Shown: piece after piece, positions 1 to 10,859 of the stretch
How the letters are laid out: each line of letters starts with the position of its first letter
Position numbering within the stretch: the first letter of the stretch is position 1
NCBI GenBank assembly: GCA_001949185.1
Contig: BDGG01000013.1
Coordinates: forward strand, 1,127,226 to 1,191,225
DNA length: 64,000 nt
Direction of reading: 5' to 3'
Origin: Ramazzottius varieornatus
Taxonomy: Eukaryota; Animalia; Tardigrada
Translations under genes and position numbers: made by a program
The notes under the pieces: generated by a model
Databases searched by the model: none
Told to the model about the DNA's origin: nothing
What the model saw: only the letters and a program-made list of their open reading frames with translations

Positions 1-179
1 TCAAGAACACCGTGGGAAAGTTTTCCACTCCCTGAATCCTGACCCTGAGTTTTCTAAACTTTTCTTGAAGCTCCGGGTAGTTCTCCTCAGTTGCTTTACC
101 TTCTGCAGAAATCCGTGATCGCATCCTCTGGTAAAATACCCTGACGTTGTGACGGTTGTGCTCCTTGTATTTTCCGATC

Positions 180-680
180 ATGTTCTCCATGTGGAATGGA
201 GCTCCACCGGGAGGAGGACGAGGCGACCCTCGCAACCAACGCGGTCCATCTCAGCCCAATCCTGCCAACAACATCAACCTTCCTTCTGGCACAGCTCACC
301 TCCTTTACGAACTGGACAAGAGGTTACTTTTCTGGCTACGAGATGGTCGAACCTTTATCGGGATACTCAAAAGTCTGGACCAGTTCGGCAATGTCGTGGT
401 AGCCGAGACGATAGAACGCATCTACGTGGACAAAGAGTACGGCGACATCGAACGAGGCATCTGTATCCTACGAGGCGAGAATCTGGTCTTGGTTGGAGAA
501 TGGGATGGTTTCAGAGAGCAACAGTCGGGTACTAGAAGTCGAGACATTCAGTACATCCTAACAAGGCAGGCGGAGGAGGAAGAGAAGCGGCTGAAAGTTA
601 AAGAAGGCTTCCAGAAAGCTATGCGCGAACGTGGACTGAATATTCGCGATGATCCTGAGGACGACTTGTTCATCAAGTAA
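180..680 (+). CDS. LSM1: U6 snRNA-associated Sm-like protein LSm1 (mRNA decay, Lsm1-7)
   Basis: ATG at 180. Sm fold: LPSGTAHLLYELDKRLLFWLRDGRTFIGILKSLDQFGNVVVAETIERIYVDKEYGDIERGICILRGENLVLVGE, followed by the LSm1-type C-terminal helix. A possible 677-732 intron would extend the CDS to 745. Confidence 0.93.
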   Translation: MFSMWNGAPPGGGRGDPRNQRGPSQPNPANNINLPSGTAHLLYELDKRLLFWLRDGRTFIGILKSLDQFGNVVVAETIERIYVDKEYGDIERGICILRGENLVLVGEWDGFREQQSGTRSRDIQYILTRQAEEEEKRLKVKEGFQKAMRERGLNIRDDPEDDLFIK

Positions 681-3540
681 CCAGTAAAACTCCCCTTTTC
701 TCTGCAAACTTAATTCTTCTGTTTCTCTGCAGGTCATGTACCTGACTACAATACCGGAAGAATTTTCCGAAGGGAAGTTTTTGTTGGAGAATATATAGTC
801 TGTGATGGAGATGGTTCTGTACTGCTTCGATTGGATGACGCAAAATGGAATTTTTACTGCTTTTATCTTTTCTGTCGTTTTTCCTAGTGACGAAACTGAC
901 GATTTCGACTTGTCGGTCGCTTACTTCGGTCAGATTGCGAAAGAGCAATTAAGAGACACCCAAGGAGAGATCTTGGATCACAGTTGAGAGGTCGGCGGAA
1001 CAACCTCGGGATGATCGACACCTCACGTGGCGCACATTTCCAGTCAATAACCAAGAAAACTGCGCCACTTGAGATAACGCTATCATCTCGAGATTGTTTG
1101 CTGGCTTGCTTTCTGACCGGAGTTTTGAAAAAGTATATGGAGGATTTGATCATTTTCAAGTTTTACAAAATCGAAGTAATGTTTGTTAAGTTAGGGAACG
1201 CAAAGTGCAGTGAACCTCTTGAGAGGTAAAGTACACCAAATTATCCAAGCAGGAGCCACGTTCTGTTAGTTTTCTTATCGAGGTTTCCGGCTCGTACATA
1301 AATAAGAAAACCTGTCAGAGTAAATGGCAGACGTTTATCAAGTTTGTGTCGGTGAGCAAACACCATGTTCATTGGCGACAAGGGACCAGGAACAATGCTA
1401 GCTAAGGTTTACAAAGTTCTTTCGACATCTCGCGGCATATTTACGGTTGTTTCACCTTCGCAGGCACGAGCCAGCCAGATTCAACAAGACCTGCCTGACA
1501 CGGCAAACATCCGTTGACAGTTATCAGCCAGTGGTCTTATCAGTCGGGTCGTTGTTTTGAGGCTTTCGGCGCATCTTGCCCGTTCATTGATAGCGGGAAA
1601 CGTCAAACCTAACCGCTCCTTTCAACCAATCTTTTGAGAGCGACGGCACCTGATTATCAAGCTTTGTAAACTTCACCGATTAGAAAACCATTGTCAGCGC
1701 CCTAAATTATAGTTTGATAACGGCGGTTTCGAGGAAGAATTTGCATTTGACCCCGTCAATTTTCCACAGGCTTGCATCGTGACTGAATTCGAATTCACTC
1801 AAACACTTTCGTACCTTGTCTAACCCACTGGGACCGCGGCAAACAAGACGAGAGACTTTTTTGCTAGCGACGCAGGCTTCCCGTCAGTAACACGGATAGC
1901 GAAAACAACGTCGGCAAGCCTGTTCAACCCATGTGGCGCACGCTTTCATTGTTCTTGGCTGAAGTATGCGCTGTTCGGAGGAACAATCTTGGCGGGTTTG
2001 TTCGCTCAGCTCCCAGCTGCATTTGTTGCTTTGTCACGTGACTAAAAGTGGTAGTCTGGGTGAGTTTTGAACTGGGATCAGTTTGGAACGGCAGCCAATG
2101 AACCTTAGAAAATGCACTACGAGTGCGAGCCTGCTCTGAACCGTGAAACCAAAGAAAAAACTTTCGAAGTAAGCCTTGACATGCTGGCATCCGGGGAAAG
2201 CTTTCCTGGTAGCGAAGTAGGTGCTCCTTTATGGTAGTGCTTTCGTACGTGAGGAAACTTGAAGGTAGTTAAAAGCTTCAAGCATTTGCCGCCACCGCGG
2301 CCGAATAAAGATTATCGTCACCTCCAGGTCAGGGCGATCATAAATTCACTAAACCTGATTTTGATAGCATTCGATGTCACTTTCGGCACGCGCCAGAATG
2401 ATGGTCGTAAAGTGCAAATGGCTGAACTATAACAAGTCAAGAAGTCATCATTTGCTGAGCTATTTGTCTTCCAGTCGCCATTTGATGACACGAAGAGAGC
2501 ACCTGCTTATCTTCTGCAAACAAACCCCAATCTTGTCCCTTCTTCAAACTCAAATAGAGACCGCAACGAATCGGTCAAACGATTTTCTTTTCGAGCCATA
2601 TCAATTTTCTCGAGAGATGTGTCGACTCCAAAGGACCGCAAATTTCTTACAAGCCCGTACTTCAGAATCGTCTCTGACAATAAGCAAAGGCAAAACAGAT
2701 TGCTCCAAGAGAGGATTGCTCCAGAAGGCACATTAGCATGACAAGGCAGACAGGAACTTTTTTGTTCGCCATGTCTAAGAACTTTTGGTATCTTTGCTAG
2801 TTTGGCACTTCTTCGTAACTAACTCTTCAACCTGAACAGTAGAGCTAGTTTCCCCATGATTCCCGTCGCCTCATGTTTTCGTACTCCATCACTTCGGAGA
2901 AATGAGCTGACGAATGAGCGCAGACTCTGTCTTGAGTAACGAAGATCGACGCGCATGACGTCACCTCCTGTATGGTCTGACAAGGCGGTGTATTCAGCTA
3001 GTAGGCAAAGTCCGCGATGACGTAGTGGACGTGTGATCGTAACTGGAGTTTGCACGCCGATTTGGTATTGCAATTTCGACTACTGTAGGCTTGTCGAACA
3101 CTCTTCAAAATTTCAGAGAATGTTGGGCCATCCTCGAGCAAGACAAACAGCATGTCTGCTCGTGTCATATCTAGCGTACACACGCAGGGGAGCCAAAAAC
3201 ACGAAGTAGGGTGTGTGGGCTGACGCCATGTCATCTCGATTTGACAAGTTGGGCTACATTGGCAGACAAGGATGGGACAGCAACGAGCTTCTTAGCCCAG
3301 TTGAGTACGTCATTACTATCGTGGCAGTTATCTTTAGATCCGTAATTCAACACAAATTAAGTGGGTATTGGCCACTATCTAATCTGCGAACTTCGAAGGC
3401 AAAGAGATGATGTCGCCCCTGCGCACTTGTTGCTCTAAGTAAACGAAACGGCGCTATCTTTCGCGTGTTTGATAGAAAGAAGACACGTTCTGTGTCACAC
3501 TGGAGCCTGCCGTTCTCCTGAGGTGACATGCTTCAACCAC

Positions 3541-3548
3541 TATATAAA
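3541..3548 (+). promoter_or_regulatory. Candidate TATA box of the TGIF gene
   Basis: TATATAAA about 100 bp upstream of the inferred ATG at 3640. Confidence 0.4.
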
Positions 3549-3639
3549 CGAAGAAGAATGTCGGATTTGTTCCAACCATTCGCGTGGCAGACAATGCGTG
3601 GTCAATATCGCTGACAAAAAGACTTTCTTTCGTTCCAGT

Positions 3640-4557
3640 ATGGCACCTTTACATAAAACCGCCGGATTCCGGGATAACCATGGACTATCAGAGCGTGGTA
3701 AGCCAATCAGTCATCCAACTCGACAATATCTGTCTAGTCTAAAAAATGCAGGAAGTCCAGTGTTGACACTCAACAAATTCGAACTTTAACTTGTTGAAGG
3801 TGATTCAGTTTTTTTACCGTGTAACGCTGCTGGCCGAAGAAGATTGTTCTTTGTCCGAGAAGGTCAAAAATCGTGAAACTGGATTTTTTGAGGGTTTGCA
3901 GATCGAAAAGACAGTCAGGGAATTTCCAACTCCGAATCCGACGAGGATTCGGATATCGACTGCGTCACTTTCGACGACGACCCAACTGATGGTACTTCCT
4001 CCTCCCGCTACGAGTCCAATAAACTCAAGAAGCGACGCGGTAACTTACCCAAAGAAGCCGTCAAAGTTCTCCGCCTGTGGCTATTCGAGCACCGCTACAA
4101 CGCCTACCCATCCGACGCCGAGAAAGCCGAGCTAGCCAAACGCACCAACCTGACCGTCCTGCAGGTCTGCAACTGGTTCATCAACGCCCGTCGCCGTATC
4201 CTCCCCGAAATCATCACCCAAGAAGGCTTCGACCCACGAGACTTCACTATCAGCCGCAAGAACGGTCGCACTCGCAGACTCCTACCGGAAATCCAAGCGC
4301 GGATTGTTCAGGAGAATCGGAAGCAAAGGTCACTGCAGCTGTACAACCCGTATGCGACTCAGCCTTCCCCCAGTTCTTCGTTGTTATCTCCACTGATACG
4401 CCCTACTCCATTGCCGGCCGGTACCCCTTCCCAGTTGGCCTCATGGTGCTTCCCATGGTCCTCGATGTATCCTCCTCAACTCAATCCTCAATGGCACCTC
4501 AGTATGTTGGCACACGCACACGCCGCCCAAGCTGAATCAACGTACAAATTCCACTGA
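3640..4557 (+). CDS. TGIF: TALE-class homeobox protein, TGIF family (not shown in the ORF track)
   Basis: Exons 3640-3697 (g|gtaagc) and 3902-4557 (ttgcag|), both phase 1. Homeodomain from 4021: [60 protein letters not shown], then the TGIF-specific tail [16 protein letters not shown] at 4555-4557. Confidence 0.93.
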
Positions 4558-5309
4558 ATATCGGTACGCTGTATAAAATTGCTGCCTCTGCTCATGATCA
4601 AAAGAAACATACGTCAGTCCCGTTGCGAAATCAATCCTCGATATCCCGTTCAACTTGACTTCCGCGTTGTTTTGGCATTTAGCGTCTTCTTTATCTCTCT
4701 ATAATCGCAAGTTTAACGCTCTACAAAAACCTGAATCTTTGCTCACGTTGTTGTACAAACCTTGTTTGCCTCTTTGTGCCTACTGTTTGTTTTTCTCGTT
4801 CTGTACTTTCCCATCAAGCCCTCATCCTACTATTTTTTCTCGCTCTCAGCAAAACTGTACTTAGTTCAGTACAGTATTAAATGTACAACCAACAATAGAA
4901 CACATGGAAGGGGAGGTCGGCAAACGAAACGTACAAGATCGTCATCTCAGTTTGCGCACTCTTCCATTGTAATTGGTTGGAGCGTTGCGTCACTCAGGTT
5001 AACGGCTTTGTGTGTTCGGTTGCCGGCCTGCAAAATGTTCAGTCAGATTTTCCATTCAACATTACTTCTGGCGAGACTTAGGATTCAGTCAGGCACATAT
5101 GTCTGACCGATGCATTCGGAGAAGAACCTCACAACGAAGAAAAACTATCTAGAAGACCGAACAAGCAAGAGGATACTTCGTCTAGCACCAGAATAAAGCA
5201 AAGCTAAGATCCTAGGACGACAACTACCCCAGAATAAAACGTCAGGTCAAAAGTAAGGATCCATAAAGGCCCAAAAGGAATCATCAGAGAAAAACCAAGA
5301 CAATTTTTT

Positions 5310-8300
5310 CTACAGTTCGTTAGAGTCGCCGCCTTCGTGCTCCTTGACGTCTTTCAGCTGGAAGCACTCAATACTATCCGACAGCCAGCCGCCCGGGATC
5401 ACTGCGCAAGAAGGCACATCTGGGTGGAGAGTACCTTCCTTGACGTCATCGTCCACGATGAAGTAGTGGCAAGTCCCCACCAGCGAGTCCTTCGAGGCGT
5501 GGAACAGTCGGTCCTTCGACGGTCGTTTGCGCTTGGTGGGTTCTTCCGTCAGCATCTTCCCTCCCCCCATCTCGATCATTTCTCTGAAGTCCTTGTCCAG
5601 CTTCTTGACATTCTTGAAGAAAAAGTTACACCCAACGAACAGCTTAGGCTCCTACAAGACCAAGAAGAGCCTCTCCAATATTCTACCTGTTTTTCAACAG
5701 ATTTTCCAAGTGGCGCACGCTCACAACCAGTAGCAGGGAGAAGATGCGCCAGTTGGACAAACGCGGGAAGATCACTTCCCGAGTGGCGCAGGCTTCCAGC
5801 CGATATCACTGACAACTGCGCCATTTGGTAAAACGATCTGTTAATGTTTCCTTGCCGACCTGCCACTCGTTCTGTGAACCCCAGAAAAATCGCCTGTGCA
5901 ATTTCAGTCTGGAAAATTTCGCTTACCGCTTTTTCACGGCTCTCGCGGGCTCGTTTCGGACCATTCTTCGCTCCTTGGTTTATCGCCCCCGGAATCTCGA
6001 ACTTCGCCCCGTCAGCCTTCTCTTCTTTGGTCGCGCATGTAACCAACCCTAAACAAATCCAGAAAAATGTTCGGATAATTTTCGAAAACGCAAACTTCAA
6101 CAAAAGTGTTTCGGAAATCCCCCAATTTATGTCATTATTATTTTTATAAACTGCCGATGAAATACTGTTTCTTACACTGCGGATCGACGATCCAGACACC
6201 TCGCAGCACGGCTTTCAAGAAAGTGACGGTTCGCTTTGTCAGTCTCTTCTTGTCGTCCTCCAAGCTAACGGCCAAGTGAGTAGCGTTGTCGGCCAGGTCG
6301 CCATGAACTTCCCATCCCTGTTGGTCCGCCACCTTATCGAAGCGGTCCCTGATCTCGCCTGTCAGGGACTTGGACATGGCCACCACAAAGTCGCTCTGCG
6401 GAGCCTTCTTCCCACCAACCGACCCACTCTTTTTCCGCCCTTTCTTTGCTTCTTCGGCTGGAGCTTCCTCTTTGTTCTTCTTTCGACCCACTAGTGAACT
6501 TTCCCGCGAACTGACCGCGGAATCTAACACGAACCAAAACACAACGATTATATTTCCAAATTATTTTCAGAACTCTATTTGCTGAATCCATTTTCCAAAT
6601 TTTTTTCAGGTTGTTTTGTGGAGGCATTCTTCATGGTATACCTGCTTCGAGGTTGGAAACGTTGCTTGCCCGTTTCTTAACGCCTCGTGACGAAGAACCT
6701 TCACTTTCGACCGTGGCTCGTTCGCTAGCGGTGTCCTCGTCTTCAGGCTGCGTTCTCTTCCGGCCTTTCACCGTCGCCTTTCCCGCCTTGTCCTTGTCCT
6801 GTTCAGCCTTCTCCTTTTTTTCTTGCGCTTTCAAATCTTTGGCAGTGTCCGAAGGAGCCCGAGCTCGACCAGTCTTCCTAGCGAGGATCGGACTGGGCTT
6901 CTTCGCTGCTTCTATAATCTCCGAACCTTCATCGTCCTCGTCCACGTCCTCGTCCACGTCCTCCACCACCGATCTTTTCTGTGCCACTGCGAGAAGAGGA
7001 TTGCATCAAACTTCACCGAGAGGGAGCTCAGCAAACACGCCAATCGCTCAAATTCTACTTTCGGTTTCCGGTAATTTTTATCACGTCGGGACAACCCTGT
7101 TTTATAGAATTCAATTTCGGAAAATAATTCATCGAAGTTCTTTTCCCTAGAGCTATTCCTTCTTTTCTTACCAGCAGATTTCGCGGGCACTTTGCTCGGT
7201 CTTCTTCCCTTGTCCACTTTCACTTCCTCCTCATTTTCGTACTTCTTTTCTTCCTCTTCATACTTCTTCGCAATGCTTTCTTTCAAGCTGCTGAACTTCT
7301 TGTCTTGATACTTGGCCGGAAGCGAAGATCCTGGCTTACTGTCACTCTTCTCTTCGGCCTTCCGCGTGACTACTTCGTCCTCGTCGGAGTCTTCCAAGCC
7401 CGTCACCTTCGTCTTCTTCTTGTTTCCCGACGACACCTTACCGTTATCTTTCTTGGTGTTGCTTGAAGCCTTCTCCTGAGCGTCCTTCGCCTTCCGCTCC
7501 GAAGCTTTCTTGGCTTCCAAGGGACCATCGATGTCTTCCACATCAGACTTGTCCTCGTCAGGCTCGTCTTCCATAACCACCGGCTTCTTCCGCGCCCCAC
7601 TAGACCTACCAAAAATTCCTTTAAGCGCACGTCCGACCTCCTACAATATCTATTTCGTTCACGTCGAAACTTTCGCAATCGATTTTCGCGTTACCAACCC
7701 ATCTGTCAAGATCCTGCATACAGCGAACTGAATATTGCACTACGAACCGGAAGTACGCAGACACTTGCAATTAAACTTGCGCTAGTGCAAATTCGCGTAA
7801 AAAGTGTTCCCTGAAACTCCTTCTGCCACTTTTTCCCTTTAGACCAAGACGACACGGATAACACAAGAAAACTGCACGATTGTAAGCACTTACTTGTCCT
7901 TGTCCTTGATGGAAGCAGACGATGTGGGAGTTTTCTTTGTGCTTTTCGGCTGTGGTGTTCGTGTATACGTATGCTTTCTAGGGCCTGGAGCGTCTTCTGC
8001 ATCGAACGCGAAAGGGTCCACTGGAGCCTTCTTGTTACTGGATGTTGCGGCAGGCAGCATCTCCTCGGCTTTGACAGGAGAAGACTCAATGACGTCGTCA
8101 TCGAAATCGGGTGTCCTTAGCTTCTTCCCAGAAGACTTTGCCTGCAAAAACAAATTCAGCCGATTTTATTAATCATACTATTTCGACGAAACAGAAATAA
8201 CCACTCCGGGGTAGCCTCGTTTCACATATTAAGACGCTTGAAGACGACAGTCGTGTGTTTTACCGCAGAAGTTCTGGCTGGAGTCTTGAATTTAGCATTT

Positions 8301-9836
8301 GACGATTTCTTCTCGGCCGTTTTCTTCCCAGAAGAGTTCTTTGCACGCCAATTTCCGATGGACTGATCATAGTCTGGATCTTCTGTCAATACGAACCAGA
8401 AAAACAGTCCATAGAATGTCACAAACCAAAACAACTGTATCTTCGTGTCTGAGAAAATTCTGACTTCAAATAAAGGTGAAATTATTTCTCTTCCAAGTCT
8501 GTCGTGGTATCTTTCTCATCTGTCGGAGAACACTTTAGTTTACGGGAACGACGCCAAGTGACCTGACATTACACCAAAACCAAACAGTACAGTATTTAGT
8601 TTACCACGGTCCATTTCGTCGTCGGGCGAAAATTCCACCTTTCTCCCACTGCCTTTGGCCCCACCACCAGTTCCTCTCACAGACGACTGTCTATCCATCC
8701 TAGTGGCGGACGAAAAGCTCTCCTTGCGTCCAGTGGACAGGTTGCTCTTTCGGACGCTGGAGTTACGAAGAGTGGACCGAGGCTTTCGAGCACTTTCCAG
8801 CGTTTCGGCGTCCACCGTCGTCACATTGGCCGTCGTGTCCGAAGGACGGATGGAGAATCCACAAAAGTCCGTTGCGATGCTCCTACGGAAAGAAACACCA
8901 CGTAAGGAGCAAGCCCAAGGAAGTCTAACAGAACACACGATAAAATTCAGACGCAGTTCAGCGTCGAACGAGAACCGTTAGAATCCACCTGGGCATCGCA
9001 ACATGAATCTAAACAGTTGGTCCGGGCAAATAAATGGGCCAACCCAACGCAGGCGGGTTAACGCGAAATTCTATATCAGTCCATTTTGACCCGGGTTGAA
9101 AGATGTCACACAACACATCACCCCGGGCATCATTTACAGATAACATTTTACGACCGCTTGGTTGATTTTTTTGGCTGATTCAGAACGCTGGATAGTCATT
9201 CACTTACGGTGGGACAATGATGGATCCTTGCGAAGTCCAGCTGTTATCTTCGCTGTTGTAGACCATCGGGACGCAGGTTAGGAAGACCTGGCCATTGCTC
9301 AACAAGCTAGATGGCACGCGAGACAGCTCCCCAGCGTGAACATGTCGGATAGAAGCGTTGAGAGGATGGTCAACCGTTGCGTTCTGGTTGCGCGTCGGTG
9401 AAGCGTCTGAGTTGTTCTTTGGCAGGACTCCCTTAAAGCTTTCGTTGAGCTTTCTCAGAGGAGAAGTAGCTTTAGCCTGAGCGGCACGAAGCGGGCTTTT
9501 GGCAGGTGATACACGAAGAGGAGAGTGCATTAGACGGCTGTTCCGTCCTTCGGCTTCCGATGTCTTCTTATCAGCCTCGCTGCGTTGTGAGCCAGACAGA
9601 GTTCTACCTGAGGCTGAGATGTCCATGGGGACGCTCTTGGTCGTGGACTTTTGGGAGTCGAGGGGATCTCTAAGGCCGGGATCGGTGGATGCGTTGAAGA
9701 TGCCGTCGTCGCTGTGCGCAGCTTCTTCGGGAAAGAGAGTGGGTGAATTGTGGCCGTCGTTTGTCTCGTTGGTGTCGTTGGTGCCACCGAATCGGGAAGC
9801 AAAGTACGGCACGTAAGTAGGCTCGTAAGAGTCCAT
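5310..9836 (-). CDS. Protein with C-terminal BARD1-like tandem BRCT and a long low-complexity N-terminus (~955 aa)
   Basis: Nine phase-consistent exons: 9836-9208, 8882 (or 8924)-8605, 8382-8264, 8141-7894, 7605-7172, 6986-6642, 6523-6176, 6048-5927, 5651-5310. BRCT1: THLAV..RTVTFLKAVLRGVWIVDPQWLVTC. Linker: FEIPG..GPKRARESRE. BRCT2: PKLFVGCNFFF..EMGGGKML..FHASKDS..CHYFIVD..WLSDSIECFQL. Confidence 0.82.
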
Positions 9837-10859
9837 ACCTCAAAGACGAAGAACCTGAAAGCAGATAGGAATATCACGACGGGAAGATAGAAGGTGCAGC
9901 GTTCTCTACGGTATTTTGGGTAGTTTTAGTTTCCGGATTGTCGCGGAGGTTCACTTACCTGTTTCGGTTGTTTCGCTTGGGCGACTTGGAGCAGCTTCCA
10001 GTCACTTCCAGAAAAGCTCTTGAAGACGCGAAACAAACGAGGACGACGAGAAAAAACAAAATCTTGCAGGAATCACTATAGTGCTGCTGAACCGCGCGTC
10101 CATCTGAGACCAACTTGCCATAGAATCCGCTTCATCATGATACGGACTGTCCACCAAAATAACGCGGCGACTCCCGCACCAAAGGTTTGGTTTCGATTCT
10201 GCAAATTTTGCTTTTTGGTTTTTCAACAAGCCATAATTGTCACTTCGTAGTGTCTTTTAACCCGAAATGCACGTTCATCGAAGGTACACTCATCTAGCGT
10301 GATTATGAGGGGAAACAGTATTTGGCCACAGGCCGAAAGCGGCAACGCTTCGATTGATCGTCATTTAAGCCGGAAGATACCGCCTTCGGCCGGTGGACAG
10401 AAATTTGTTCGCCGCCAATAATTAGGCCAGGCGCGTGTCGGAAGCTTGCCTGCAGACACACGAACGATGTTATTAAAATAGGAACGAAGTACGAATGGAA
10501 GCATAAAGAAAGACCGTCGGGACACATCTTGCTAGCCCAACCCTGTCCTTTTCGTTTGTCTGACCACCGGGCAACTGCATGTGCGTGCTTGAGGCAGCCG
10601 GTTTCGCTGGACTCATCATATCACATACAGCCTAGGTGTACTAAGAAGACGGTCTCGACGAAGGCACTCACTCCTCTAGGTCCAGTATCGGTAAACCATA
10701 CATTAAAAAGCTGCCGTATAATTTCAAGATGGGTTCACGCTTTTTATGAATTTGAAGATAGCAGGGCCTTATAACTCGAATTACACGATGATCTTCCATT
10801 TTCCTAATAATTTACGTTTCTACGTGTGCTAACGCGCTAGTACCATGTGCAGTTTTGAT

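Noticed and set aside
3791-4535. ORF-track ORFs 3791-4135 and 4077-4535
   Set aside because: They are alternative frames overlapping the real TGIF exon, which is in the third frame.
6631-9836. Charged disordered ORFs as Dsup or separate genes
   Set aside because: They splice in phase into the BRCT gene, and I found no recognisable Dsup sequence; the resemblance is compositional only.
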